Assembly (NCBI GenBank): GCA_002633005.1
Contig: NMRA01000052.1
Coordinates: 919,235 to 983,234, forward strand
DNA from: Phoronis australis
Taxonomy: Eukaryota; Animalia; Phoronida
Length of the DNA stretch: 64,000 bases
Direction: 5' to 3'
Below, piece after piece: positions 43,701-58,700 of the stretch. The position numbers and the translations under genes were made by a program. Under the pieces are notes generated by a model, which was not told where the DNA came from, did no database searches, and saw only the letters and a program-made list of their open reading frames with translations. Each line of letters opens with the position of its first letter. The first letter of the stretch is position 1.

Positions 43701-46700
43701 ATTTTATTCGAAACCGTAATACCCAGTTCACAAACGCACTAAAGTGCCACTTTTACGTGCACTTTCACAAGTAGTAAGAGATGCCAGCCAGCACTATGAA
43801 CAGTTCAAGTGTCATTTTTGTTGATGTTTTGCTGGCAATACGACTACGTCTATTTCTAACTCCATTTATGATCATATGTGAATGTATTGGCCAATAAAAA
43901 TTGATTTAGCGTCGTAGCACGTTGCAGTTGGGATGTCACATTCTTCTGTGACCCAAATCTATCCTTATTCTAATCACACCTAATCATGTGACACCATCTC
44001 ATGAATTATTCAGTGACTGTAATAACTGGTGATGTAATCCGTAACTGGTGATGAGGAAAAACCCAACTGCTGGTGATAATGACCCTTTTGCGGACGGCTT
44101 GTCTGCGTGGCTAAAATGACAGCGGTTTTGCTAGTATTTTACTCAGTGAAACTGCTAGCTTCGAGTTTCAAACCATCTCTTTTATTTTGGATTATGTTAC
44201 TTCATTTGTTTTGGTAAATTTGCAAGAGAAGTCTTGGTAATAATCTTGTACCACATATCACTGTAAACACAGTGAAATTTTTCAGTTTGCGAGAGTCTCT
44301 AAAATTTGCGACACTTAAATTCAAGCGGAAAGCGAATTTTCTTGATTCTGAAGATTGGGACGTGGGCGATTGTTCATTTTATTTTTTGAAATATCATACA
44401 CTGCACTTTGTAACAACAGAATCTGAATATATACATAACAGTCGATAATATCGTTGAAAATGGCCATGGATGCAACCTTTTTATGGGTCCCATAGTGTAT
44501 ACCTAACATCAAGATGAATGATTGTTTGTGGTTAATTGAAGTACTTGAATTTGGGACGGCCAATATTACTTATTTCAAACATTTGGCACAAGCTCCGGTC
44601 CGACCTTGAGCAGTAAATTTTTCACCAGTCCAAACTGGAGAAGAAATATAAGCTGTAATTACTGATCAATACAGCCACTGTGTGTAAAGCCAAGCACTGT
44701 ATGGGCCCAGCTCATCCATGCCAGCACATTGTTCCACACTACTGAACGCTCTTTGTTTATTCATGTGCTACACTTTGCACACACTTGACCATCTGTATCT
44801 AAATGTTAAAACAACAGGATTCCTGAGTCTGAGCCAAGTCTCTGTCTCCCAGCTGAAATACTTGCGTATGGTTATTGTTCTTAAACATCATCCCTGCTTC
44901 TTTAAACAGCACATCTGGTTGATGTGGCTTGTGAAGACCTGAGGGGCTATCATTGGCTGTTGCCTTGTGTTTTGTGGTTCTTTGAACAATGACTCACTTT
45001 GACCTAAATTGAGTCCAGTGACTCTTCACTTCGTTAGCACACAATATGGCCGGCAAGTGAAATTCTTTTTTGTCAAATTTCTCCACAAAAGTAATGATTA
45101 AGAAAATTGTGGCCCATTTACAGCATTGTTTGCCGTGCGTAGATGTCACGAAGCAACGTTTGATAAGGTTTCCAGTATTTGCAGCCAGGCAATTATTTTT
45201 GTGCAAAATAACCATTGTGTTTTTTTAATAAGTGTATATTAGTGTTGATGTGCACCAGATGCCCTTGTGTTGGTTAACACCAATTCTGCACATTCCGTTT
45301 ATCACACAAAATTAGAATTTTATTTTGTCAAAATTCCCATCGTGGTGTGTATTATGCGGCAGTCACAACACTCGATTATTTGAAAAATTGAAATGTCACC
45401 ACAAGAGGAATTTTATTTTACTTGTTATCAGTTTAGGCAATCTCTATTGTACTAGCAATGTGAATACTTGCTGAGCCTTGATTACCTATTAATGTATTCT
45501 GCTCGAGTTCACATAACAATGGAACATACCGATTTGCATCTTTATCAGTTTTCTTGGCAGTCGAAAAATAGTCTGAACTTTGCCAAGTTATCTTTCCTGT
45601 ATAAAGCACAGTTATTTGTGGTGGTAGGGGGCAGTAGAACATTAGCAATATTATATCTTAAGCCAGAAATACCAGTGCATACCTGCATACTGCCAAATTA
45701 GCCATTAAGGAGTTATGTCTATTCAGCCATTCTTGCTGTTCAAATAGGTGCAGTTAAATTGATTTTACACAAGCTATTCTTACCCTGTGGCTCATGTGCC
45801 GTTTACATGACATCCTTGATATAGCACTGACTGACACTGGGGTCTGACATGGTGCACTTAAAGGTGTGAACTGAATTTGACAAGGTGCAAAGTGACAATG
45901 GGTGCACTTGAGTGTTTTCAACACGGTTCCAACACGTCAAGCGGCTAAGACATATTGTAAGCTGGAAGCCATCATCGTGAGCCAATCAGATGTCTTATCC
46001 TGTTTACAACTTCAGTCAAGTGTACTCACTGTGATATCAATTGAAGTGTCCCCCTCCATTGGGGGTAGGGTGGCTTACCATCTGAAGAAAAATTTTGAAA
46101 TAAATAACTGTTTCCTGCATTCTGCTGAAGTCCTCCTAGTAGACAATAAAGACATAAAGCAAAAACAGGTGGGGGGGGGGGCAATTCACAGCTGGGTATC
46201 AGCAAATTTAAAGAGGGTGAAGGATAAGGGGAAAGAATTCAATCAGGGATCAGGGTGCAGACAACCACTGCAATTGAAAGACTGTGCAGCACCCTCTTGA
46301 AAAGGCCTCGGTAGAACCCTTGGTATGGAGTCGAGTGGTCATACTTGATCACTGATTGGAATGGTACGCATGGAGATTGCACGTGCAGACTTGATATCAA
46401 GTTCATGTATTGAAGCTTTGTAGTCCTTAGTGGTGAACACAATTTTTCTTTATTGCAGACATATCAAAGAACCACTTCACAGAGATCCCGAGCGCCCTCT
46501 GTCACTACCTATCGACCGAGTGTCTCATCTGTTATCACAATGCAATCCGGTGTCTACCTGAGGCCATAATACAGCTCCAGTCACTGACACATTTAAATCT
46601 AAGGTGGGTTAAGAATGCTAAGTCTTCACCTATTTATCAAGCGATGTGACTTGACTAATGAAATTTTATTTTGTTAGAATTTCTCCACAAAAGTAAAGAT

Positions 46701-49700
46701 AAAGAACATTTTAGTGTAGTGTTATTTACGAAAAGGTAATCGGTCATTAAAAAATGTTAAAAATGACCATTTTAGCAATTGTTTTTGTGCGAAATAAGTG
46801 AAGAATTACTGAATGTAAGGTAAGTAAAGCTGAATGCAATAACTGCTGGTGAACTGGAAATGTAAATCTGTTGACTTAGAGAGAAATTAGTTACCAGCCT
46901 ATCAGTCAAACTGGGTAATTTAGGTATTTCCTGTTGGTTAATAAATAGGCAGGGTGTAAATTAGGATTTGATGGAACATTTATTTAACACTGTTAATGGG
47001 CTGTTGCAGTCATTATAGTTCAGTCATTCTAGGGCTCCAGATGGCCCAACCTAGAAAAAATTGCAACAGAAGGTTTTTTTTTGCATAAACGGCATCTTCA
47101 AACATCCCTTGGTGACAGAAAAAAGTCTACAGAAATCGGTATGGCGGAAGTCGGTTTTTCAAGATGGTGGAAAAAATGGCCGCCAAAACCGGTGTTTACT
47201 GCTTTNNNNNNNNNNNNNNNNNNNNNNNNNNNNNNNNNNNNNNGCCTGGGAAGAGGCATCTTTTGGAAGGGTAAAACAAGTCATGTTCAAAGCATCCCAG
47301 TGCCATTAATATGAAGTCTTTGGGGACAAAAGTGGTGCCATTTTATAGCTAAAGAGTTAAGCTTTCAAACACAATGCTTGGATTCCAGACTACTTTAACA
47401 TTTACTTTTGAAATCACCTTTGAAAATACGTTAAAATGCGCTAAAACAGTTGTCCCTTCCTGGTTATCTCTTCCTGCTTTTATGCAACAGCTCGAAATAA
47501 CACAGTAAAGCTTGTCACTGGTTATATACTTTCATAACAGGCATACCAATCAAAAGATGCCAATTTTCCATAAAATAAAACCAATATGGCCGACAAAATG
47601 GCAGCCGAAACGACAATTTGGTACATGTGGCAAAATTTCTTTTCATATTTTGCCCTGATAATGGCAAAATTTCTATGCATTTGTAAGTTAGACAATTGAA
47701 AATATCTGGACCTTACAGATGGTCACTGACTGAAGAGAAAAACATCAAGATGGCTGACAAAATGGGCGCCAACTCACAAATAACTCCAATTTACCGCATG
47801 TGCATTCTGCAAACTTTGTTTGTAACCTGAGAAGCATTTACACAAAAACATTTTACAATCTACAGTCAGGCTTAATGAGTCGATTCTTTATAAAGTTTAT
47901 TTTAAAGATTTAGGTACTAAATGTGGATTTTTAATCACATTTTAGATTATTTAACATAAAATTTGGTGTTTTTCAGAAAGGCTTTAGTTAAATTTTCGTA
48001 AGGAATTTCACATACTCAATTATTTTTCTGTAAAATATATTCATTTGAGGCATCAAAAATAATATTTGTTAGAAGAATATATAATTCTGATGGAATTATT
48101 GGCTTATTCAGTACACAAACCCTTAATCACATGGGGCAGGAAGTGGCTTTGCTTTCTGCTATTGGAGATACTATAAGTTGTTCCCATGCAAAGATTTCGT
48201 CTGCTACTGACATAAGTAGAGAATTTGGCAGCTCATTTCACCTGAATTTGATGAAAATTAAATAGATTTTTGTAACAAACAGTTAATAACTCAATGTTTA
48301 GCATTTAGTACTCAAAATTGGCTTAATATGCATGCTTTTTATGAACATAGGTAACTGATTTGAGAGGAAATTAGTGCCAGCAAACCAAATGGCAGTGATC
48401 TACAGTCAATTTTTCATAGCCAGGCTTGGCGGATTTCATACTGAGATGAGCTTTCTGGGATTTATTGGATACATAATGTCAGGCAACAGGTTTCAAGTTC
48501 TTGCCACAGTGTATACACCAAACAGTGTGATCCATATGTTAAATTGAAAAAGTGTGGATAGAGCAGGGAGAAGGCATATGTTGGTAGACTCAGCACTGAA
48601 TGCTAGCATCACAGCCAGAGCATTCAACACCCCACTTCCGTATAGTGTGTTCCCAGTACATCTTGCGCTATTGCGATCCGCCATCTTGGTTGACAGACAC
48701 TGGGCTGAGTACGTCGGGTACACAGCCACTGCGTTAGTAAATATGCCTACTTTCTGTGCTATTTTTCGTTGTTCCAACAGAGCTGGCAGGGACAAGATAT
48801 CGTTTTTCAGGGTGCCCAAAATTTGAGTCAGTCTGTTTTGGTCGTGCTGTTTAAAGTTGGTCAAGAGCAAATGGATTGTTTCGTTTTGATGACAAATACA
48901 TAAAAATCAACCATATTTTATTAATATTACGCACTTTTAAAGGCGTTTAACTCCTTGCACGAGTGCGGACTGGGAGCATACAACAGGTTTTTAACAATGT
49001 CTGGATTCGTGACGCTCTGAAAAACCGCTTCATCGGTGCTAAGTTCCGCCTTGGGAATTAAGTAGGAGTCTCTGCCTATGTCTCCTATCTTCTTTACATA
49101 TCTCTGCTTTGCATCACCTGTTAATGTATCAAAATAATCTCTGCCTATGTCTCGCTTGCTCGCACTCGCGCCATTGTGGTTTCACTGTCAACCAATGTGG
49201 CTGCGTTATGACCATTACCCAGTAACCATCATGTGATCGGGAACGCACTATATTCATGTGGAGAATTTCTCACTTACTCTGGTCACCCCTCAACAATGGT
49301 TGTTGTTAGTACCCCCAATTTGGTTTTCTCTGACATTTGCAGAGTTACAGCCTACGCAACTCTGGAGAGTAGTTTTAACTTGGTACATTATAAATATTAC
49401 AAAATGACTGAAAAGGTTAACTTGTGTTTATGTTCACGAAGGGCCACTTCCCAAAGGAACGATATGTTTCATATTGGTTTTTGTTATCTAATTTTTAATG
49501 CTTTTGCCCACTTGTTTTTTTTTCTTATCGGGAACGGGTTGATGACTTTTTATCTAAATTTGAAGTACCAAAACAGTGGTAGATTTTGATTGCCAGCGAA
49601 ACTTAATTAGTTAAGTTCATTGTGAGCCCATCCCTGAACTTTCCACATTACAGGTAGGCCTACAGTAAACATTTCACGTGTCATTTAAGTTTAATCTTTG

Positions 49701-52700
49701 TTAGAACTCAAATCATAAAATATATACAAAAGTGCATATTATAAGGTGATAACCATAACTGAAGATTTGGAATCTTTGGAGAATTTCGGTAGCACTGACT
49801 ATATAACTATTTTAGCTCTTTGTCAGTAATAAAAAATGAAAAGTGGGCACAAGTGAAGTATAACTATTTCCTGGTCTAAAATATGATTACACAACATTGA
49901 AAGAATATTAAAAAATGAATCCATGTGATATTGTTAACTCTGATCAGCGTTTGTATATCCACCGAGTATATCAATAATCAGTACGCGCAGTAGTTTATCT
50001 TCAATCGTACCCAATGGTTGTTTTTTAGATTATTAGCTCATCGATTTTTAAAAATTGAAAACCGTACATGTTTTTTTTTCCAGCTCAATACTGCCGTGGT
50101 ATTCGTTTTTAACAAAAATTAAGAGGTTAATGCATTTTGAAAATTCACCATTATTTACAATTAAAGATGTTTAACACAGTTTGTGGTGGGGTAATTACAC
50201 TTAATTGGGTCTTGCTCGCATCGGGCAATGCGGTCATCACAACTGTACCTGACTCTGGCACCGCGCTCTCTTTTTTCCTGGTAAAAGCCGCTCAGAAGGA
50301 CTAGCGGTGAAAATTCCTGCATATCTTTAGAAAGGCGCGACTTCCTTGTTAGCGTATTATTCACGGTATGTGACAGATCAAGTAATGACAATCCAGATCC
50401 AATGACTTCAGGATATCAAGAAAGAAGTTCCGATTCTTCAGAAATTCCGGTTCTTCAGAAATTCCAGGAGTCCCAAATGTCACCAACACTGAACACAGAT
50501 TCCGGGCCAAGAGGAAGAGCAGTTCAATGCTTGTACACAACTGTTGGCTCCTCAGAATATATGGAGACAGATTCTTCAAACATCCCAGCTGATCACATAA
50601 CTATAGATGTATACACTGGGACATGCAATGCACACTCAGTGTCTTACGATTCTGAACCTTGGATTACAGTGGAATACACTCACGAGAGTTCACTTCTGGC
50701 TTCCTACATACTGCCACTGGTATATTCAAACAGGACTGAATCAGAGTATAGGTCTTCAGAATTTGCAGTCAAAATGGTTTGTCAGAAGAATCAATGGCCA
50801 CTGATATACTTGATGAGGATTTGAAAGCTAGTCTGAAGCTGTATGATGATCTTATTGCTGGCACGACGTCTATGTGCGGCGATGTATGCTTGTCGGAGTG
50901 TCTTGTAGGAATCCATAAAAAACCAAGCACATAAATCATACTTGTCTTTATAAAGTGGAACCAGCAGTCTCTGGCTACAGTATATGAAAATGGATGACAT
51001 CCTTCAAATTTTTCTAAAAGCAGAAATAACGTCAAATTGGGATCTTCACCTAAAAGTATTTTCTAATATGGTGCCGTAATTTGCTGCTGCTGGTTACATC
51101 TCGTATGCAAAATCTGCATACATATACTTGCAGAAGATGCAGCAACTCAAAGACACCCATCCAGACGTCTACAGCACCTTTATTAATGGTCACCATGCCG
51201 TAACACCAAGTGACAGATTCTGGGCAGGCTTTTCATCTGACCTTGTAATTGAACTAACACTCGTAAAAACCATTAAACCATTGGGAGGTTTAACTATAGG
51301 TTGCAGGATTGGAGATATGCATTATGCACTGTAGCTGGTTTCCATGCCGGCATGCACGTTCTAGTATAAATAGCGCCATGCAGAGTATGACAAGCTTGAG
51401 TTGCGAAACAAGTGAGCAGCATAAAGAATGTAGACTGGCAAGACAGTCGCGGAATGACAAAGGCGTCCTCAGCCTTGTTGAATGCCTCCACTACAGAAAT
51501 CCATTTGAAGAGGATTACAGAACATTGCCACTGTTGTGACTGCATGCACACGCGTCAATGCCGAAAATGCCAGAGAGCGGGGAAGGCAATTCTATTGTCT
51601 ATAGAGGGGTCGAGTGTGAAAGACTTCACATTCAGAAAGAAAGACAAGGTTGTAGCAATGACAAGTCCACTGGTTCATGTTGCCTACAGTGAATTTACAC
51701 AAGTGGATCCACAACTGCTATTACAGCAATTACTGAAAGCTGCAAAAGACAAAGAGTTAGTTATTTGTTTAACAATCTTGAAAATGGTAGTCGTATAAAT
51801 CAGAGCCAGACAAAAATAATTTTGATGGACATATTGATCTCTGAAACTCAGAATATGAAATCTGTGAAGATTGCATGTCTCCGTCTTACACGAAGCAGCT
51901 ATTTGGTGGCCATATTAGAAAATGGTGGAAGTAATCATTAGAGCCAATCGCAATGAGTCTAATTGGATTAGTCCACCCAGAAAACAAATGACGTATTGTT
52001 TGAATCAAGACGATACACTAATCTGTTCGTGCGAAGTTGTGCGACTCAAAGGGGTTTTGGCGTCCATCTTGGAAATTGGCGGATGGTGTCACCGCAGCCA
52101 TGCAAAACTATTTCCAACGGATTTGTTAACCCACAGAAGATATGTAAACCTTTTTGAATTTTTACTGTATCACATTCCACTCTGGAGTTATAATGGTCAT
52201 ATGCAAATATGGCGGCCATTTTGTCCGCTATCTTGAAAAACCAACTTCTGCCACCCCGATTCTGGTAGACTTTTTTCTCACACTAAGGGGTATGATAGGA
52301 TACGATGTATGCAATAAAATCTTCTGTTGCAATTATGTCCGGGTTATCCGTAGAATGACTGGACTATTACCAATGTGTGGTATACTCAGTTGTATAATAT
52401 GCAGCTGGGCCAAACTGGATGTTTTTTCAGCTCCCTGAGTGTACTGTTGATATTTGACAGGAATTATGGGGGGTCATTACCTTGTTGTCACCCAAGCTTT
52501 TTACTTCACGCGATTTTGGCAAGCAAAAAGCTGAATGCCTTTAAAAAGTCACACTCTTTTAAATTAAGGCAAATCTTGAGTCAAAAAATTATCTCTCTTG
52601 AAACTGACTTTAGGTAAATTTAAGTTTAATCTTAAAATTGGTTGAAATTTTAGATTTGTCTTAGCTAAATCAGTTTTCTTGGAACTGGAGCCCCTGGTCT

Positions 52701-55700
52701 CCAAATTGATATGTATTGATGATATGTCAAACGACATAGCTTGACGGCCTTCACAAAAACTAGTGGTATGATCATGCACAGGGTCTCGTGGTGTGATACT
52801 CTTCTTGTACCCACCATGCGCTCACTGTGAGACTAAACAAATCAAAGTGTGGAAATTGATTGTGCCTAAGCATTCCCTAGAAATCGCTATTACATTCATG
52901 TATCATGTCACTAGTATTATCCTTTCCCGGATGTTAAGATACTAAGATATTTTCCACCAATTTTATCATCATACAGAGAGTGACGATGACCTGTGGTTAT
53001 CAGGGGGGGGATGTTCACTGATATGTTATTGTTGCTGAATAGTTTCATTAGGTTTCAAGTCTTCATGTTGGGTTATGTTATCTAATCTTCAGGCTTTTTA
53101 CATGGGTACTGTAGATAACACGCCCATGATGCAGATAACAAACGCTTACTTTTGGTCAATGTTTGTTGTGACAGTTCAATTTCTTAGAATAGGAGTTCAC
53201 GCGGCCAATCAGCTTTTTTCGTTCAATAGTTACAAGAATGTTATAGTGAAAGGTTTCTTGTAATTGTTGTGAGTGCCGTTCTTTTTCCATTTAATTTCAA
53301 GCCAGTATGACAGTCCTGGTTAGAAATCTCCGTTTTCCTGGAGATAGGTAAAAATGCATTGTGAAAGTGAAATGTCGGGCTGATTCTACGAATCATGAGA
53401 GTGGTAAAATATTGCATCCATGGATACTTCTCAAGTGTATAAATCCAACTTTTTGCCGCCGAAGTTGCAGCTCACAACACAGCAATAAAACTTTGCTGGC
53501 ATTGGAAGGTCGAATTCAGTTAGTGCACTCAATAAAAACTCGAAAAAAGCAAAACACCAACGAATGACATGAGAAACTCCAATGGCCCGAAAACGAGACC
53601 AGGGAACTGCTTGACGAGTGTTGTAGCATTGTGGGTAAATACTGTGAGATTCAAGTATTGCTGTGTAATCCTGAACCGTCCTATTAGCCAGCTATGAGAA
53701 CAAGCAGATTAATTTGTTCTGATTGCATTACTTTATATTTTGTGTTTTGAGGTGTCTGGTTCTTGTTAATGACTCTCAGTCTCATGCTGCTTTTTTCACT
53801 TCATTATCCAGCATAACAGTGACCTAGTTGGCAACAGGAGTTGTGATATTCAATTGGTAGAACTGTTTGTCAGCAACATGGGGGCATTCGGGGACGGGGG
53901 AACAAAAGTTCCCCGCGGCTACCTGGATGGCTGCATTTTCACTAGTAGATTAACCTTCGCATGGCTCGATTTGGCAACCTGTAGGTTGACCTCAGAGTTC
54001 ATTTCGTAACCTGATAAAAATGTCAGGTCACCACNTTGCTGGCATTGGAAGGTCGAATTCAGTTAGTGCACTCAATAAAAACTCGAAAAAAGCGAAACAC
54101 CAACGAATGACATGAGAAACTCCAATGGCCCGAAAACGAGACCAGGGAACTGCTTGACGAGTGTTGTAGCATTGTGGGTAAATACTGTGAGATTCAAGTA
54201 TCGCTGTGTAATCCAGAACCGTCTTATTAGCCAGCTATGAGAACAAGCAGATTAATTTGTTCTGATTGCATTGCTTTATATTTTGTGTTTCGAGGTGTCT
54301 GGTTCTTGTTAATGACTCTCAGTCTCATGCTGCTTTTTTCACTTCATTATCCAGCATAATAGTGACCTAGTTGGCAACAGGAGTTGTGATATTCGTTTGG
54401 TAGAACTGTTTGTCAGCAACATGGGGGCATTCGGGGACGGGGGAACAAAAGTTCCCCGCGGCTACCTGGATGGCTGCATTTTCACTAGTAGATTAACCTT
54501 CGCATGGCTCGATTTGGCAACCTGTAGGTTGACCTCAGAGTTCATTTCGTAACCTGATAAAAATGTCAGGTCACCACGAAGTTGCCACGCCACACACAAG
54601 CTTGCAGAAATACTACAGGAAGTAAATGTACTGAAGTTGGAACTGTTCGGCAAAAAATAGAATGGCCCAGTCGTGATCGTCTGTCTTAGAAGATTAGCCT
54701 CTGCACGGGGTATTGGGCCCAAGAGGTGGAAATGGGGGAAAAGTGGTCATAACCATTTGGTAACTTGGGAATTTGGCAAGTTGACGTTACGCTAAATTTC
54801 AAGCCTTGTGCTGCTTTGCTAGCGCCACCAAGTGAATTTTGAGCTTATTTTCTTTCCAGTCGTAATCAACTGTCTACCATCCCGCCTTTCATCTGCCATC
54901 TGCAGGCACTAGAAGTCCTATTGGCCAGTAACAACAGGCTGGTGTCGTTACCGGAGGAGATCGGTCGTCTAGAGAAGCTAATGGAGCTGGTAGGTGCACA
55001 ATTGATGTTGGCGGTATCAAAATATGTGACCCTCTGTCACAGCTGGAAGACCCTGTAACCTTAAAGTTCCAAACCACTCCCTAAATTATTTGTGAAAAAC
55101 GAGACTTTACGACCATTTTTATCATTGTGTTGCTAAGCTTCTTGCTTAAAGTCCATCTCACCTACTGCACTGATCAAGAAGACAGAAATGGTCGGTCTGC
55201 AGTCTTCCAATCAAACCTGTCTTTCCATTATTTATTCAACATATAGGACATACAAAAAGGAAATTCTGCGAAAGGGAAATTGGTACAGCCATCTGAGCAG
55301 TCGGGCTAATGTATACCATTTAGCTGTTTGTTTATTGGAGCATGTGGACATGGATTGCCTCATAAATGTGCTGTCTGGGATGATTAGATTATGGCCAGTC
55401 TAAGTTAATAGTTACAAACCCACTGTACATCTAATGCTTGTTATCTCTGCAATCCTAAAGCTTAGACTCTCCTGCAGTGTCTTCAGTGAGTGTATTGTCA
55501 GTCACTCTGTGACTGAAAAAAGTGAAGTTTTATGTCTCTATGCTTACATTTGTTTCTTCGTCAGATCTTTGTTGCACTGGTTCTGGTTTTATTTATACCC
55601 ATGGATTGTGTATCGAAATAAGATTAGTTTTAACCAATATGTTGAAAACACTATCTCAGTTACGGTTTGTGTTGATTGAAGCTATGTATCTCATTGAGCT

Positions 55701-58700
55701 AAGTTGTACAGAGACGTGCTTAAATCTACGAATAACTTATAACAGCTAGAATTATGCTGTCTTGTGTGGTTTTATTACAAGTGCCAACGTCTCGAGTGCT
55801 CTTTGGCACGTAATCTATGTTTTAATATGAGAACATGTCAATTTATATGTACTCGCATGTGCCATATGTGTTGTGTGATAATGTTACTGTAAGTCACCCT
55901 GACTCTCCATTTCCTGGTCAAGAAGGATGTAACAGGAAAGTCACTGTGTTCGCTCAAGAACATTTAATTCACATTGCTACAAGATACCTCTATTTGGCCC
56001 AAGTGTTGAAAACTTGTAATATCCTTACTTGGTGTTCTTAGGATATGTGTTCCATGATCACAAGTCATTTCAATTGCCACACAAGCCTTTTTTTCCCTGT
56101 TTGTTCCGAACTTTTCTAATTCTCAAACATGTGCTTGCTTCTTATGGGTTACCACTTAGTCAACAAATAAATGGGATTCTTAAGGTTTGGTAGGTGTATT
56201 CGTATGGTTCATTCGATGAGCTTTTTACATGCTCATGAAAAGCAAGCTGTTTCAAACAAACTTGACTTTGCTTGTTGTTACAATATCTTACCAATTTCTG
56301 TCACCTGACCGGTGAAACATTGTAACTCAAAACTGCATTTCACCCTGTTTAGCTGGATAAACAACAGAAATTTATTAGACCTTTAACTCTCATCAAATCG
56401 GTGTCATAATATTCTGTTGCTAATTTCAGTCGCAGGCAATATGTACATGCTGTGTCCAGGCCTTTATCCAGGATTTTGAAAATAGGGTGTCCTAAATGGG
56501 GTTCCCAATATTCCAGGGCGTCCATGATTCCGACCCGTAACCCCCCACCGCCAGCAATACCTCCAAACACACAGATTTTTTTTACAAAAAAATGTATAGA
56601 TCAAGGTTTTTACATCTAAGTTTATAAAACAGCCTTCTATGGTGAGCATTTTTACAAAAAAAAACTGTGTAGACCAAGACTTTTACAATGCTGTCAATCA
56701 AGTGTCAAAATAGCAACAATGCATATACTTTGTATATACATTGTATATTTCTTCCTGCTTTGAAAAAAAAAACCCACTGTGAGCCTTCAGGGGCTTCCTA
56801 GTATTCATTACAATGTGTGAGTCCAAACTTGAAAGGTTCCTGTTGACAGTGGGCGTCCAAATGATACATTGGGTGTACTTTCCAGGGCGTCCTTGCCAGG
56901 GCATCCTTGCCAGGGCGTCCTTGCCAGGGCGTCCTTGCCAGGGCGTCCAGATTAGTGCTAGGGCGTCCAAATGGACGCCCAGGACGTATGCTGCATAAAG
57001 GCCTGGCTGTGTCACAGGCATGGTGTGCAAGTTTTCTGCGAAAAATCCAATTGTTTGTGGAAAGTTTGTCGTTCTTGAAAAATCATATTTTTTAGAAAAA
57101 AACATGGTCATGTGATTACGAACAGCTGTTTATCGCTTCAGATCAGTGCAGATAGTAAGATTCTTTGGGTTATCAAGAATTATAAAAATATAAGATGTTA
57201 TGGGTCTAGCTTTACTGTATTAATACTTATTTAATTCACTAGGATCCTTGGTAACGAAGGTGTCCAGGGCTTGGAATTTTCCTCTTAAGAGGATTTCCTC
57301 TTTTTTGGTTTCGATTTCCTCTTATTTGATTTCCAGTTTCATTTTTCGGCTCTTTTTATTGTTATTTTGACTTTATTCATGCAAAGACGTTTACTTCAGT
57401 TAAATTTTACAACACAAAAAATATTTCTATCACACAAGCCTATTAAGTTGTGGAACGATGCATCACCTGGAAAATTTTCCTCTTTTTGTCATAGGTCATT
57501 CCAAACCCTGTGTCCTATTACCTTAAAAGTGATTTTTGGGCTTACACAGAACTGAGAGTTTGCTGTTGATTAAGATTACTTAATATTGTCAAGACCTTGG
57601 TTCACCTCTGTTTGCTGATCACCACAACTACCCGTTGTGCTACGTCGTTTCAGCGGCTGAATCTTCCTTTTCAGGACGTGAGCTGCAATGAAATCACACA
57701 TTTACCTGTACAAATCAGCGATCTTGGTGCTTTAAGGGTTCTCAATGTGAGAAGAAATTTATTAGTAGAATTGCCGGCTGGTAAGTACTCAATGGTTTCA
57801 TTTGAGTCACGTATGCCTGTACTCCTCCTGTTATGGTATCATAAGAGTCAATTTATCCAGATTTTATTAAATGCTATTTATACTCAGCAGTTAGCAGTTT
57901 CCTGATATTATTTTAAAACCATCAACATATCTTAAGACCTTTGGTTGGTTTGGCTGATATTTCTTCCTCTTTAAAACCGAAACCAGTTTTGATAAGGAAG
58001 CAAAGCATTCACAAAGCTTTAAATGGAAAGAAACTTGGCTAACGGTACTCTCACTAGCAATTTTCAACGTAACATACTAGAAATGTAAGCTTCTGGGAGA
58101 TATGAACTTAATTTTTAATGCAATTTTCACTTAAGAGTCAGCTTTGGGGTTTTGAGTTACGATTTGAGCAGCAATTGACAGCATTTTCTCATTTCAGAAA
58201 TGGGCCGGTTGTCGTTAACGAGGTTAGACTTTCTTGGCAACAAGATCCAGAGAATTCCAACAGACTACAGGTTCATGGAAACTCTAGAAGAACTCATCCT
58301 TGACCACAATCCATTATTATCACCCCCAGCTCATGTAAGGACCTCTTTGGAGCCCCAACATCGTTTTTCTAAGGAGATAATTTACATAATTTTCTATAGT
58401 CTCATTATTTCTTAAAATCACATAATTTGAATAATTCAAGGTAATTTTGATGATAGCGGTTGCGCTTACTGTACAGCCTGGCATATAAGCGCATGCTGAA
58501 CAATGCGGTTTTTCCGCAATAATTGTCCTCACAAATATCTCGCACATAGGCACTTGCACCTAGGCTGTGCAGTTAGGCACAGCTATACAGCAAATTTCTA
58601 TAGCTTTATTTTCATGAACTGTCTTTTAGTCAACTCATACCATTTCCAACTTCAAAATTTTTGGAATTTATATTTCGAACGTTCGCGAATATCATCGAGT

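Larger units (their letters stand above)
47016..52366 (+). mobile_element. Degenerate Academ DNA transposon in LRCH intron 2
   Basis: Termini TAGTTCAGTCATTCTA (47016) and TAGAATGACTGGACTA (52366) are inverted. Imperfect TIRs extend ~160-170 bp (TTGCAACAGAAG, AGAAAAAAGTCTAC, GGTTTTTCAAGAT, AAAATGGCCGCC). 3-bp TSD TTA at 47013-47015 and 52367-52369. Internal transposase remnants present. Confidence 0.85.

Noticed and set aside
48743-48826. Host THAP-domain gene
   Set aside because: Stops after 27 codons, lacks the C/H ligands and lies inside a TIR element nested in a transposon.
53493-54577. Biological tandem duplication or LTR pair
   Set aside because: Single N exactly at the junction and allele-level divergence point to an assembly artefact.
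56698-57111. ORFs with PWQGRPGK repeats
   Set aside because: They arise from the 14-bp subterminal repeats of the hAT MITE.
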